Notes: generated from the letters alone by a model not told the origin. A stretch of 64,000 nucleotides of DNA from an uncultured bacterium (GCA_964614945.1 CAZTNW010000002.1:145242-209241), one strand, 5' to 3'. Positions 10,469 through 20,609 are shown, counted from the stretch's first letter. Program-made: numbers and translations.

Positions 10469-11130
10469 TAATTCGTCCCTCCTTTTAACCAATTTTCTCG
10501 GGCTTTCTTTAACATGTCGCATACAGTTTGATCTGGGGTCTGGGAAAAGTCCTGATAAAATTGACCGACAGCCCAAAAATTCGGCGGTAGATAGAGCGCA
10601 TGAAAATCGTCTACTAGGGGCCTTAACAGGGCGGCTGCCTCCTGCGAGGCTACGGGTACAAGAATGATGGTCGACGCAGGTTCCTTCCGCTTAAGGGATA
10701 GGATGGCTGCTCGCATAGTAGAACCCGTGGCGATGCCGTCGTCGGTAAGCACCACCCACTTGCTTTTAACCTCGAGGGGAGGAAGGCCATCACGGTAAAA
10801 GGAGAGCCTTCTTTTGATTTCCTCTCTTTCTTTTCGGCAGGCTTCCTTGAGATACTGCTCTGATACGTTCAGACGAGAGACCATTTGCTCGTCCAGAATT
10901 GGCTCTCCCTCTTCGCTCACCGCGCCGATAGCAAGCTCGAAGTCGTGGGGGGCGCCGATTTTTCGCGCGATGATAACATCCAAGGGAGCTCTCCATTTCA
11001 GGGCAAGGGAAAAGCCTACCTCAACGCCTCCCCGGGGAACGGACAGGACGATGACTTCCCGGCCGGAAAGATAGTTGAATTTTTCTGCCAGGCGATCTCC
11101 CGCCTCCGCTCTATTCTGAAAATACGTGGC
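10468..11130 (-). CDS. Phosphoribosyltransferase (PRTase type I domain); no canonical start codon found
   Basis: PRPP-binding motif VVLTDDGIATGSTM. The in-frame upstream translation YFQNRAEAGDRLAEKFNYLSGREVIVLSVPRGGVEVGFSLALKW is a typical PRTase N-terminus. There is no ATG/GTG/TTG between the upstream in-frame TGA (11191) and the TTG at 10983. Confidence 0.6.
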   Translation of the reverse strand, partial: ATYFQNRAEAGDRLAEKFNYLSGREVIVLSVPRGGVEVGFSLALKWRAPLDVIIARKIGAPHDFELAIGAVSEEGEPILDEQMVSRLNVSEQYLKEACRKEREEIKRRLSFYRDGLPPLEVKSKWVVLTDDGIATGSTMRAAILSLKRKEPASTIILVPVASQEAAALLRPLVDDFHALYLPPNFWAVGQFYQDFSQTPDQTVCDMLKKARENWLKGGTN

Positions 11131-11131
11131 G

Positions 11132-11653
11132 TTATCTCCTTCCCAGGATTGACTCCTCTGCCTTATGGATAGCCTTTTTTTCTTCCTCTGTCAGGGGATA
11201 ATAAGAGCTACCATTTTTCAGAGGTTTTGCGTAAATACGGTATTCCTCACGGCCGTAAAGGCCGCTGATTACAGCTCCATTCCCCTGGCCATCGATCAGG
11301 GCGAGGGAAAAACTCAGCTCGCCGCTCGCATCGGGGAAGGCGTTATAGCGCTCCAGGGCAGTTCCTTGAACAAATCGCTGCGCCTTCGCCTCCAATTTAG
11401 ACAAACGGCCTTCCAGTTCTCTGCCGCTCGTTATGATACTGTCCACTTCTCCGCCCAATTTCCCTAGAAGCTCCTCGAGGTTTGCTCCCTCAACGCCCCG
11501 GATCAGGGATCGGAGATTTAAGAGAAGACGAGAAGTGCGGCGCCGCTGAATTAAAAACAGTACAAGGAGGAGAAGGGAGAGCATAAAAAGGACAATGAGG
11601 ATTACTGGCATATAGGCTTCGATGCTTTGCCACCAGCCGTAAAGGGTTAGCAT
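11132..11653 (-). CDS. DUF4446-like membrane-anchored protein (par-locus associated)
   Basis: N-terminal TM helix, then a coiled-coil and GLYGREEYRIYAKP region. This is a conserved neighbour of parAB in Firmicutes. Confidence 0.6.
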   Translation of the reverse strand: MLTLYGWWQSIEAYMPVILIVLFMLSLLLLVLFLIQRRRTSRLLLNLRSLIRGVEGANLEELLGKLGGEVDSIITSGRELEGRLSKLEAKAQRFVQGTALERYNAFPDASGELSFSLALIDGQGNGAVISGLYGREEYRIYAKPLKNGSSYYPLTEEEKKAIHKAEESILGRR

Positions 11654-11726
11654 TATCGCTTCCTCCCTATCTTAAAATCTGGAAAAAGTCTACCACCAAT
11701 GGATTTTCCTTGACAATCTATCGTCG

Positions 11727-12491
11727 CTACGGGCGAAGTGCCAGTATTAGGAGGCGCTGGCTTTCCCAGCTGAACGACTCCCCACTGTAGCCGCCGAAGA
11801 GCTGTTGAACCTGGAAGCCGCACTCTTTAAGCATTCTAGTCAATTCGGCCAGGGTATAGAGCTTAATCCTCCTCTCCGATTCGTGCCGCCACTTTTCCCG
11901 CGTAAGGATGATCTTGCGAGTAATAAGGATACTCTCGTGGGAATCGAAACGATTTCTCTCCAAGATGAAGAAATCCTCTCGGTCCCTCCAGGTTTCCTTG
12001 AGGAAATGACGAATTATATAATCTCGATTTTCTAAGTCGAGAAAAAGAAGGCCGCCTGGTTCTAAAGAGAGGGATACATTGCGTAGCGTCTGCTCGTTCT
12101 CTTGATCGTCGAAGTAGCCAAAGCTTGACCAGAAGAAAAGGACGGCGGAAAAGGAAGCGGGGGAAGCGAATATGCGCATGTCCTCGACCCTGAATTCCGC
12201 TCCTAAACCCTGCGCCGCAGCTCTTTTCTTCGCCTCCTCGATAAAGAGGGGGACAATATCGATCCCCAGGACCCGATAATTTCTCGCGGCCAGGGCGAGC
12301 GAGTGCCGCCCGATGCCGCATCCCACGTCTAAAAGGGGGCTTTTCTTCTGAAGAGGGAGGAGTGGAAACAAAAAGGATACTTGCTCTTCCGTCCTCTCCG
12401 GTGTTATTTCCAGCAGAACGTATCGCAGGTAGTTCTCGTCAAAATAGCCCTCGAACCAAGGGGGCAGATCAGGTTTCACGTGAAACATCAC
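11727..12491 (-). CDS. Class I SAM-dependent methyltransferase
   Basis: Motif I LLDVGCGIGRHS and overall Methyltransf_11/25 architecture. Confidence 0.8.
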   Translation of the reverse strand: MMFHVKPDLPPWFEGYFDENYLRYVLLEITPERTEEQVSFLFPLLPLQKKSPLLDVGCGIGRHSLALAARNYRVLGIDIVPLFIEEAKKRAAAQGLGAEFRVEDMRIFASPASFSAVLFFWSSFGYFDDQENEQTLRNVSLSLEPGGLLFLDLENRDYIIRHFLKETWRDREDFFILERNRFDSHESILITRKIILTREKWRHESERRIKLYTLAELTRMLKECGFQVQQLFGGYSGESFSWESQRLLILALRP

Positions 12492-13323
12492 GCCGCCGGG
12501 TGATGACCTCCCAGATACGGCGCAGGTCCGTATAGCTGTAGTACTCGATCTCGATCTTGCCGACAGTTGCTCCCTTTATAATGCGCACTTTTGTGCCGAG
12601 GATCAGTTTCAAATCGGCTTCCATCTTCTCCCGCTCGCCCTGAAAAAGATCCCTGTCCTCTGCCGCCGCCCTTCTCCCCTTGCCTGTACGCGATTTCACC
12701 AACTGTTCCGTCTCTCGCACAGAGAGCTTCCGCTCTTCCACGAGACGTAGGGCCTTGAGAATCTCCCCTTCCTGCTCAAGGGAAAGGAGGGCACGGGCCT
12801 GTCCGTAGGTGATTCTCCCCTTTCGGAGGCTTTCCTGCGCTCCTTGAGGCAGATGAAGCAGGCGCAGCAAGTTGCTGACCTCGGTCCGGCTCTTGCCAAT
12901 ACGCTCAGCCACCGCCTCCTGAGAAAGGGAAAATTTCTCGATTAGCTCCTTGAGGGCGCGGGCCACGTCGAGAGGGTTCAAATCTTCGCGCTGCAGGTTC
13001 TCGATTAAAGAAATTTGCAGTGCCTGCCCGTCCTCCAGCGCTTTGATCAGCGCGGGTATTTTCTCGACTCCGGCCAATTGGGCAGCGCGCCAGCGGCGTT
13101 CCCCCGCGACCAGTTCGTAATTTTGCCCGCGCGGCCGTACAAGAACGGGCTGCACAAGACCATGTTGGCGCACAGAGGAGACCAGTTCCTCCATGGCGCC
13201 TTCGTCGAAATCTTCGCGCGGCTGAAGCGGAGAGGGAAAGATCGAATCCACGGGGATTTCCAAAAGCTCGCCCCCGACCTCAAGCCCTGAGCCAGGTATC
13301 AGGGCCTCCAGCCCTTTGCCCAA
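12469..13323 (-). CDS. parB: Chromosome partitioning protein ParB/Spo0J
   Basis: ParB box GERRWRAAQLAG and the N-terminal GLGRGLEAL-like motif. Confidence 0.92.
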   Translation of the reverse strand: MGKGLEALIPGSGLEVGGELLEIPVDSIFPSPLQPREDFDEGAMEELVSSVRQHGLVQPVLVRPRGQNYELVAGERRWRAAQLAGVEKIPALIKALEDGQALQISLIENLQREDLNPLDVARALKELIEKFSLSQEAVAERIGKSRTEVSNLLRLLHLPQGAQESLRKGRITYGQARALLSLEQEGEILKALRLVEERKLSVRETEQLVKSRTGKGRRAAAEDRDLFQGEREKMEADLKLILGTKVRIIKGATVGKIEIEYYSYTDLRRIWEVITRRRDVSRET

Positions 13324-13330
13324 TCCTCTT

Positions 13331-14104
13331 TTAGTGATGTTCCAGCACCTCCTTCGCCAATGAGAGGTAAGCCTGCGCTCCCTTGGAATGAATATCGTAC
13401 TCTAAGATGGACTTGCCGTAGGAAGGGGCTTCAGCCAGACGAACCGTGCGGGGGATCACTGAACGGTAGACTTTTCCGCCGAATACAGCGCGCACATCCC
13501 GTTCCACCTCCTGGGAAAGGATGGTGCGGGCATCGAACATGGTGAGGATCACCCCTTCGATCTCCAGCCCGGGGTTAAGCCGCCTTCTTACAAGGTTCAC
13601 AGTATTTAACAGCTGATTTACTCCTTCCAGGGCATAAAACTCGCACTGGATGGGGATCAAGATGCTGTCCGCCGCTGCCATGGCGTTAATCGTCAGGAGG
13701 CCGAGAGAGGGGGGGCAGTCGAGCAAAATGAAGTCAAAACCTCCGCGAATTTCCTCCAGCGCCTCGCGCAGACGAAACTCACGCGAGACAGTTCCCACCA
13801 GCTCTATCTCTGCTCCGGCGAGGTCGATTGTAGAGGGAAGGACAAAGAGAGAGCGAAACCGGGTGGGGCGGATCCCATCCATCACGGCCCTGTCCTCTAA
13901 CAGAATGTGGTATAAGCTCTCGCGAATTTCCGTCCGATCAAGCCCCAGACCGATGGTGGCGTTACCCTGTGGATCCAGATCGACTACAAGGGTCTTTTTT
14001 TGCCATTGGTCCAGTGCGGCTCCAAGATTAATGGCCGTGGTGGTTTTACCCACCCCTCCTTTTTGGTTCGCTAAGGCGATTACTTTGGCCACTCCGATTG
14101 CCAT
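13331..14104 (-). CDS. parA: Chromosome partitioning ATPase ParA/Soj
   Basis: Deviant Walker A KGGVGKTTTAINL. Confidence 0.93.
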   Translation of the reverse strand: MAIGVAKVIALANQKGGVGKTTTAINLGAALDQWQKKTLVVDLDPQGNATIGLGLDRTEIRESLYHILLEDRAVMDGIRPTRFRSLFVLPSTIDLAGAEIELVGTVSREFRLREALEEIRGGFDFILLDCPPSLGLLTINAMAAADSILIPIQCEFYALEGVNQLLNTVNLVRRRLNPGLEIEGVILTMFDARTILSQEVERDVRAVFGGKVYRSVIPRTVRLAEAPSYGKSILEYDIHSKGAQAYLSLAKEVLEHH

Positions 14105-14841
14105 TATACTATTTTCTCGTCAGCTCGGAGCGGCCTTTTCCGCGGAATCCCTGCCCGGCGCGGGTACTTCTCCGGAGTACTCCTAATTTTTCTCACCAGT
14201 ATCAGCAGCCGATCCAGGGACCAGTAAGGCAGAGCAAATGATCTTGTCTCTACAATCTTCCCCCCCAGCTCCTCGAGTGCCGCCCCGGCCTCTTCAATTT
14301 CACGAGCGACTTCTCCGCCCTTCCAGGCCAGTAAATGTCCTCCGACCGATAGAAGGGGAAGGGCCAATTCCAGCAATGTCGCCATTGGAGCTACCGCGCG
14401 AGCAAGCACCCAATGGTAACTTTCCCGCTCCTCGGTTCTTGCCCAAGCTTCCGCCCTCTGCCGCCGAACAATAGTATCCTTCAGTCCCAGCAGGCTCACC
14501 AGTTTTTCGAGAAAAAGACAGGGATATGAGCGTGATTCAAGCAGGGTAAGGTTCCAACGATCCATCACCATTTTTAGGGGAAGGCCGGGGAATCCAGCTC
14601 CTGACCCCAGATCGAGCACCCTTTCCTCCGCCCGTGGTTGAAAAAGAAGGACCCCGCTTAAGGAATCGAGGAAATGTTTGATCATCACCTCCTCCTTTGC
14701 CCCCCTCGCTGTCAGGTTCCCTCTCTGGTTCCACTCCATTAACAGGTGCCAGTACCTGTGAAATCGTTCTATATCTCTTTCCTCTAAATCCAAGCCAAAT
14801 TGCTGCGCACCTTTGCGCAGCCAGGCGGCTGCCAGGCTCAT
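14104..14841 (-). CDS. rsmG: 16S rRNA (guanine527-N7)-methyltransferase RsmG (GidB)
   Basis: SAM motif [15 protein letters not shown]. Internal ATG ([11 protein letters not shown]) gives an ATGA overlap with the mnmG stop. The tracked ORF carries an N-terminal extension. Confidence 0.88.
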   Translation of the reverse strand: MSLAAAWLRKGAQQFGLDLEERDIERFHRYWHLLMEWNQRGNLTARGAKEEVMIKHFLDSLSGVLLFQPRAEERVLDLGSGAGFPGLPLKMVMDRWNLTLLESRSYPCLFLEKLVSLLGLKDTIVRRQRAEAWARTEERESYHWVLARAVAPMATLLELALPLLSVGGHLLAWKGGEVAREIEEAGAALEELGGKIVETRSFALPYWSLDRLLILVRKIRSTPEKYPRRAGIPRKRPLRADEKIV

Positions 14842-16694
14842 TTCCGCCCTTCCAGATAAAAAATCAGGGCCAGGATGTCCGCGTCCTTCACGCCGGGGAT
14901 ACGCTGCGCCTGGGCCATGCTCAGCGGTTGGGCCTCCTGGAGTTTTACACGGGCCTCGCCGCTGAGGTTGGGTATTTCCGCAAAATTGAGATCGTCGGGC
15001 AACGATCTCTCCTCCCATTTCTTCAATTTACACCGCCAGGTCTCCTCACGTTCTAAGTAGCCCCGATATTTGATTTCGGTCGTGACTCTCTCCCAGATCT
15101 CCTCAGGTGCCTCCGGCAGGGGAAAGACCGGGCGAAGATCGGGCCAGTCCAGCTGCGGGCGTTCCAGCAATTTAGCCAGAGAAGCAGTTGCATGGAGAGT
15201 GCCCGCTCCTCTGGCTGCAAGAAAGGCCTGGATCTTTTCTGAAGGTCGAACGGTCTCACCTTCTAAAAAAGCTCTGCACTTTTCCTTCCACTTCATCCTT
15301 TCTTGAAAAATCTTCCAGCAGTCCTCGGACAGTAAGCCTAACTCGTAGGCCAGGGGAGAAAGCCTCTCGTCGGCGTTTTCCTGCCGCAGGCTCAAGCGAT
15401 AGTCCGCCCGCGAGGTAAACATTCGATAGGGCTCATCGACCCCTGAAGCAGTAAGATCTTCAGCCAGGAGGCCGATATAGGACTGGCTGCGCGAGAGCAC
15501 TATCTGCTTTCTTCCTTGCGTCTGCGCTGCGGCATTCATCCCGGCCAGAAGTCCCTGGGCCGCTGCTTCTTCGTAGCCGGTGGTTCCATTGATCTGTCCT
15601 GCGAGGAAAAGTCCACTCCATTTTTTTGCCTCCAGCGTTGGCTTCAGCTCAAGCGGAGAAACAAGATCGTAGGCGATGGCGTAGCCCGGGCGGATCATCT
15701 TCGCTTCCTCCAGGCCTTCGATAGTGTGCAGGATCTCTGTCTGAATTTCCGCCGGCAAGCTCGTGTAGAGGCCCTGCAAATATACCTCCGCCGTATTGTA
15801 ACCCTCTGGCTCCAGAAAAATCTGGTGGCGGGTGCGCTCGGGAAACCAGAGTATCTTCTCTTCGATGGACGGGCAATAGCGGGGGCCGACTTTTACCATC
15901 TGCCCCCGGCGCGATGGCGTGAGATGGAGATTCTGACGGACGACCTCGTGGGTCCGCTCGTTCGTGTAGCCGAGATAGCACGGCTTCTGTTTAAAAGAAC
16001 GCGGCTCGTCCCAGAAGGAGAAGGCCAGAGGACGATCGGCTCCGGGTTGGGGGGTCAGGCGGGAAAAATCGATCGTCTCTGCATTCACCCGGGGGGTTGT
16101 ACCGGTGTTGAAGCGCAAGAGCGAAAAACCGAGTTCGGCCAGAGATCGGGAGAGGAATCGGGAAGGAAGCTCCCAGGCCCTGCCTGCCGGTAGCTGATAA
16201 TCGCCGATGTGCACAACACCGTTCAGAAATGTCCCGCAACAGAGGACGACCGAGGTCGCGAGGAGCTCTTCTCCTGTGGCCAGACGAATCCCGACGACCC
16301 GGCCTCCTTCCGCCAGGACCTCTTTCGCTTCTCCCTGGAAAGTGGTCAGACCGGGCTGATGTTCAATGATTTCCTTCATGCGCAGGTGGTAGAGAGATCG
16401 GTCGCATTGAGCTCGCAGGGATTGGACGGCCCTGCCCTTCGAGGAATTGAGCATCTTAATCTGGATCATGGTCTGGTCGGTCACCCGAGCCATCCAACCG
16501 CCCATCGCGTCCACCTCTCGCACTAATTGCGCTTTGCCCGGTCCTCCAACCGAAGGATTGCAGGGCATCAGGGCTACAGAATCCATGTTCAGCGTCAATA
16601 AGAGCGTCCTGCAGCCCATGCGGGAGGAAGCCAGAGCCGCTTCGCAGCCAGCGTGGCCTCCTCCGACAACGATCACCTCGAATCTGGTCATCAT
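14838..16694 (-). CDS. mnmG: tRNA uridine 5-carboxymethylaminomethyl modification enzyme MnmG (GidA)
   Basis: FAD-binding N-terminus [16 protein letters not shown]; full length. Confidence 0.95.
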   Translation of the reverse strand: MMTRFEVIVVGGGHAGCEAALASSRMGCRTLLLTLNMDSVALMPCNPSVGGPGKAQLVREVDAMGGWMARVTDQTMIQIKMLNSSKGRAVQSLRAQCDRSLYHLRMKEIIEHQPGLTTFQGEAKEVLAEGGRVVGIRLATGEELLATSVVLCCGTFLNGVVHIGDYQLPAGRAWELPSRFLSRSLAELGFSLLRFNTGTTPRVNAETIDFSRLTPQPGADRPLAFSFWDEPRSFKQKPCYLGYTNERTHEVVRQNLHLTPSRRGQMVKVGPRYCPSIEEKILWFPERTRHQIFLEPEGYNTAEVYLQGLYTSLPAEIQTEILHTIEGLEEAKMIRPGYAIAYDLVSPLELKPTLEAKKWSGLFLAGQINGTTGYEEAAAQGLLAGMNAAAQTQGRKQIVLSRSQSYIGLLAEDLTASGVDEPYRMFTSRADYRLSLRQENADERLSPLAYELGLLSEDCWKIFQERMKWKEKCRAFLEGETVRPSEKIQAFLAARGAGTLHATASLAKLLERPQLDWPDLRPVFPLPEAPEEIWERVTTEIKYRGYLEREETWRCKLKKWEERSLPDDLNFAEIPNLSGEARVKLQEAQPLSMAQAQRIPGVKDADILALIFYLEGRK

Positions 16695-18034
16695 TTGCCC
16701 AGGCAGAATTGAGAAAAAATGCTGTCCAGCACCTGTGAGCTCAAGTTCTCCCCCAAGAGTTCCCCTAATACGCGATGTGCCTCCCTCAGATCGGAACAGA
16801 CGATGTCCAAGGGGGCCTCGGACAAGGAAATGGCTCGATCACATGATTCTAATGCCCTTTTCAGCAATTGTCGTTGCCTCGTGTTCAACCACCAAAGCTG
16901 CTCGTCTGTAGCCTCAGCCTCCAGCTGTTCCTCGATCAGGGAGCGAAGATGAGAGAGATTGGTGCCCTTTAACGCCGAGATCCTCAAAGAGACAGGAAGA
17001 GGAAACCCTTTCCACGAATCATCCTCGCCCAGGTCGACCTTGTTGCCTACAAGGAGGGGCTTCCTGTCCCTGAGCTCCTCTAATATGCTGCGGTCCTCAT
17101 CTGATGGAGGGTGAGAGATATCCACGAGGAACAGTATCAGGTTCGCAGAGGAAAGCGCCTGTCGGGTTTTTTTCATAGCCAGACGCGGCAACACCCCGCC
17201 TGAATGGCTTAATCCGGCGGTATCCACGAGACGGATCGTCCTCCCTTCGAGCAAGAGCTCCCCTTCCAGGGAATCCCTCGTCGTCTCCGGTAATGAGGTG
17301 ACTATGGCCTGTTCCCTCTCCAGGAGCGCATTTAACAGGGAACTCTTGCCCACGTTGGGCTTACCTGAAATAACAACTTGCCCCCGTTTAAATATTCCTT
17401 CCCCCCGCTCGGCTTTCTGCAAAAGCTTTTTCAGGCTCTCCCCTAATGCCTGGAGCGAACGATACAGCGTCTCTGCGGAAATGTCCACTTCCTCGGGAAA
17501 GTCAATGGAGGCCTCGACCTCCGCTAATGTCCTGACCAGTACTTCCTTGATTGATTGAATCTCTCGGGAGAACGAGCCCTTGAGTTGCTGGAGAGCATTT
17601 TCCACTGCCTGCGCATTTGGAGCTTCGATCAAGGAAGCCACGGCTTCCGCCTGCACCAGGTCGAGCCGTCTGTTTAAAAAAGCTCTGCGGGTAAACTCAC
17701 CCGGCTGCGCCAGAATTGCTCCGCTGTCCAGGGCGGCGGAGAGAACGGCTCTCAGGACTGAGATTCCTCCGTGGCACTGGATCTCGGCCATGTCGTCGCC
17801 GCTATAAGAAAAGGGGGCGGGGAAATAGACTGCAAAGGCCCGGTCTATCAGCTTTCCCTTGCGGGAATGAACCCAGATCAATCTCAAGAGGCGGGGCTTA
17901 AAAAAGTCCTGGCTTTTTTTAGTCAGAGAGGAGAGAATGCTCAAGCTCTCCGGCCCGGAAATTCGCACGATCCCGATCCCGGCTGGATAGGGAGCGGTGG
18001 CGATAGAGGCAATGGTGGTGGAATCCAACTCCAC
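16691..18034 (-). CDS. mnmE: tRNA modification GTPase MnmE (TrmE)
   Basis: N-terminal TIASIATAP...[10 protein letters not shown]-domain [14 protein letters not shown], and C-terminal CLGK. Start is uncertain: GTG at 18034 or TTG at 18028. The tracked ORF has a Pro/Arg-rich extension that is probably not translated. Confidence 0.85.
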   Translation of the reverse strand: MELDSTTIASIATAPYPAGIGIVRISGPESLSILSSLTKKSQDFFKPRLLRLIWVHSRKGKLIDRAFAVYFPAPFSYSGDDMAEIQCHGGISVLRAVLSAALDSGAILAQPGEFTRRAFLNRRLDLVQAEAVASLIEAPNAQAVENALQQLKGSFSREIQSIKEVLVRTLAEVEASIDFPEEVDISAETLYRSLQALGESLKKLLQKAERGEGIFKRGQVVISGKPNVGKSSLLNALLEREQAIVTSLPETTRDSLEGELLLEGRTIRLVDTAGLSHSGGVLPRLAMKKTRQALSSANLILFLVDISHPPSDEDRSILEELRDRKPLLVGNKVDLGEDDSWKGFPLPVSLRISALKGTNLSHLRSLIEEQLEAEATDEQLWWLNTRQRQLLKRALESCDRAISLSEAPLDIVCSDLREAHRVLGELLGENLSSQVLDSIFSQFCLGK

Positions 18035-18044
18035 GAGGTTGCAG

Positions 18045-18812
18045 TTATTTTTTGCGTGGCGGCGCGTAGCGTCGAGCGGTGTGTGGGGTAAGGGGGGAGC
18101 GTCTTCGTATCGGCGGCATCCATTTCTTCGTCGGGGCCAGGGGAGATGGGGTGGTATAGCGGGGCGCGGGGTTGGGACCATTATCACGGACCTGGGTTGG
18201 CTCAATGATCACCTTACGAAAGGGCTCCTCTCCCTCCGAATGAGTGGTGACATCGTCCCTTTCCTGCAGCGTGAGGTGAATCACCCTTCTTTCCATGGCC
18301 GGGAGGGGCGGCATCGTGTATGAACGGCGCAATCGCCTTACTCTGTCGGCTAAGCCCTTGGCCATATCCCGCAGCGCCTGTTCACGTTTGTCTCGGTAAT
18401 TCCCGGTATCGAGAATCAGTCGAACATGAATTCCCTTGCGGGCGAGGAGAACCGAGAGGAGAAACTGGAGGGAGTTGATTGTCTCTCCATGCTTTCCGAT
18501 GATCCTGCCTGGATTGGCGCCGGAAAGAGAGAGGTGATAAGCGCCCTCGCTCTCGCTCAGGGTCAGGGTGCAGGCGGATTCAAAAAGGCTAAGGAGCTCC
18601 TTCGCTGCTTTACTAACTTGCTCCCTCTCTGTTAATCGCCGAGATACCCTGACTCTCGCTAATTTTGAACCTAAGCCGAATAAACCGCTTTTAGGCTCTT
18701 CCAGTACTTCCACCTGGGCTTCATCAGCATTGATCCCAAGCTCCTCTAAAGCTGCAATGACAGCCTCATCTACGGTTTTGGCTGATTTCTCCAGTATCAA
18801 TTTTCCATCCAT
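18045..18812 (-). CDS. jag: Jag/KhpB RNA-binding protein (Jag_N, KH, R3H) with a Pro-rich C-terminal tail
   Basis: N-terminus MDGKLILEKSAKTVDEAVIAALEELG and R3H motif ERRVIHLTLQERDDVTTHSEGEEPFRKVII. The roughly 50-aa P/R/T-rich tail is unusual. Confidence 0.85.
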   Translation of the reverse strand: MDGKLILEKSAKTVDEAVIAALEELGINADEAQVEVLEEPKSGLFGLGSKLARVRVSRRLTEREQVSKAAKELLSLFESACTLTLSESEGAYHLSLSGANPGRIIGKHGETINSLQFLLSVLLARKGIHVRLILDTGNYRDKREQALRDMAKGLADRVRRLRRSYTMPPLPAMERRVIHLTLQERDDVTTHSEGEEPFRKVIIEPTQVRDNGPNPAPRYTTPSPLAPTKKWMPPIRRRSPLTPHTARRYAPPRKK

Positions 18813-19642
18813 TATAACTTGCTCTTTCCCTTCTTCTCTTCGCCCACAACAGCGACGGCCGAGGACCGCTTGGGGATACCTTTAAACATGATCAGCTGCT
18901 GCGCGATCTGCAACAGGGAGAATACAACCCAGTAGAGGGAAACGGCCACCGGGATGGAAATGGAGATCCAGCCGATGAGAAGGGGGAAAAGCAGGGTAAT
19001 GAGGGCTCCCCCTCCTTGCTGTGGCGTTGTTCCCATAGTGCGTGATTGCAGGAACATCGTTCCCGCGACAAGCAGGGGCCAGATGTAGTAGTACCAGGGG
19101 CCCTGAGTGGGAATGTAGGCGAGGTTAAAGCCGAGAAACCACGCTCCAGGCTCCGCTCCTCGAACAAACCAGGCCAGACTGCCGTTGGCGGTAGTAGTGT
19201 AGGTATGATAGATGCTGACCGGGTCGGTGGGGGTCGTAGTCGTAAAGGTAAGGTTAGGCGGTACCTGGGCGATGGGCACCTCTACCAAGGAGACAAAGAA
19301 CGCCTGCAGGGCGAACCAGAGCCCCCACATGATGATCAGCTGGGGAATCTGCAATAAGCAGGAGGAGGTAAAACAACCCATCGGGTTAATGCCATGCTTT
19401 TTGTAAAGTTGGGACATAGCCTTGTTCAACTGATCCGGGTCATTTTTAAATTTCTTCTGAATCTCCTGCATCTCCGGCGTCATCTTCTGCATTTTCAGCG
19501 TGGATTTGAGAGATTGCTGCTGCGGCCAGAAAAGGATGGCCTTGAGGACAATTGTCAGGAAGATGATCGCCACTCCATAATTGGGCACAATGGAGTAGAA
19601 GAAGTTGATTACTTCAGTCAGAATATCTTGTAGCCAAGCCAA
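18812..19642 (-). CDS. yidC: Membrane protein insertase YidC (short Gram-positive type)
   Basis: 60 kDa inner-membrane insertase core with multiple TM segments, in conserved context. Confidence 0.9.
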   Translation of the reverse strand: MAWLQDILTEVINFFYSIVPNYGVAIIFLTIVLKAILFWPQQQSLKSTLKMQKMTPEMQEIQKKFKNDPDQLNKAMSQLYKKHGINPMGCFTSSCLLQIPQLIIMWGLWFALQAFFVSLVEVPIAQVPPNLTFTTTTPTDPVSIYHTYTTTANGSLAWFVRGAEPGAWFLGFNLAYIPTQGPWYYYIWPLLVAGTMFLQSRTMGTTPQQGGGALITLLFPLLIGWISISIPVAVSLYWVVFSLLQIAQQLIMFKGIPKRSSAVAVVGEEKKGKSKL

Positions 19643-19656
19643 AGCGATACTCCTTT

Positions 19657-19869
19657 CTATGGAACCGGGTCAAAGCCTCCAGGATGAAGGGGGTTGCAGC
19701 GCAAAATACGCTTCAGAGCCAACCAGCTCCCTCTGGCCGCGCCGTATTTCTCGATTGCTTGAATAGCATACTGCGAACAGGTGGGCACGTATCGGCAACA
19801 GGGTGGGGTGAAAGGCGAAATCCCTCGGCGATAAATGCTGATAAGAAAAAGAAGGACTCTTTTTGTCAT
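19657..19869 (-). CDS. yidD: Membrane protein insertion efficiency factor YidD
   Basis: Motif [11 protein letters not shown]. Internal ATG (MTKRVLL) overlaps the rnpA stop (ATGA). Confidence 0.88.
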   Translation of the reverse strand: MTKRVLLFLISIYRRGISPFTPPCCRYVPTCSQYAIQAIEKYGAARGSWLALKRILRCNPLHPGGFDPVP

Positions 19870-20198
19870 CCCTCGACTATGCCTGCCCGCCGTAAAAGAC
19901 ACTGCAGGTCCTCGACCATCTCCCGAAAATTCAGCTCCAGCGCCGCCTTCTTGCCTACAATAACCATCTGCAAATCCCGGGGAAGGCTGTGCTTGATCTT
20001 TTTCAGAGATTCGCGCAGGCGCCTCTTGAGGTGATTGCGCGTCACCGCTTTCCCCACAGACCTTCTCACGGTGATCCCAACCTTTGATTCAGCGCCGTCC
20101 CTCACCCATCGAAGGACCATAAAATGAGAGCTCATGGTTTTTCCTTCAAGAAAAACCCGGTCATATTCTCGTCTCAGAAGCTTTCCCGCTTTCGGCAG
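19866..20198 (-). CDS. rnpA: Ribonuclease P protein component; start codon uncertain (CTG at 20198 or ATG at 20135)
   Basis: RNR-region [23 protein letters not shown]. The in-frame upstream sequence [21 protein letters not shown] matches the conserved RnpA N-terminus but contains no canonical start. The first ATG (20135) has a GAAGGA RBS but would truncate the protein to 89 aa. Confidence 0.8.
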   Translation of the reverse strand: MPKAGKLLRREYDRVFLEGKTMSSHFMVLRWVRDGAESKVGITVRRSVGKAVTRNHLKRRLRESLKKIKHSLPRDLQMVIVGKKAALELNFREMVEDLQCLLRRAGIVEG

Positions 20199-20225
20199 GC
20201 GAAAAGAGGCGTCTCCTTCCCCAAA

Positions 20226-20363
20226 TTATACAACCGCAACCCGATTGCGGCCTCGGGCTCTTCTTCTCTTCAAAATATTGCGGCCGCTCCGCGTCTTCAT
20301 CCTCTTCATAAAACCGAATACACGATGCCGGCGACGGTTATGCGGCTGGAAAGTTCTCTTCAT
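20226..20363 (-). CDS. rpmH: 50S ribosomal protein L34
   Basis: Manual translation [45 protein letters not shown], 45 aa. It is below the ORF-track size cutoff, so it is absent from the supplied track. Confidence 0.92.
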   Translation of the reverse strand: MKRTFQPHNRRRHRVFGFMKRMKTRSGRNILKRRRARGRNRVAVV

Positions 20364-20609
20364 TACTATTTTGTCCCTTCCGGTTTAAGGCTCAGCGTTT
20401 CCCGATTATAGAGAAATCAACCGAAGTGGTCAAATGGCCTTCCCGGAGCAGCAAAACAGAGGTCCTGACCACGTGTGGGAGATGGCAGAGGAAGGTTTCT
20501 CCTCGAATCCTGTTCAACATAAGTCTATTGGCCGTTATATAATAAGCCGCGAGGAAAGGGGTTGTGCTGCCTCTTCCTCTCTGCTTTCGTGCCTGGAAGG
20601 AGCGCAAAC

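Noticed and set aside
10984-11131. Possible glycine riboswitch upstream of gcvT.
   Set aside because: The region is clearly protein-coding (the PRTase N-terminus) and abuts gcvT with overlapping stop and start. It has no tandem-aptamer-like structure.
16691-18205. Long N-terminal ORF extensions (mnmE 504 aa, purH, purM, rsmG, gcvT, valS, rtcB and fabF as tracked).
   Set aside because: The extensions are Pro/Arg-rich or unconserved. Internal starts coincide with conserved protein N-termini, RBSs, or ATGA overlaps with upstream stops. All were trimmed.
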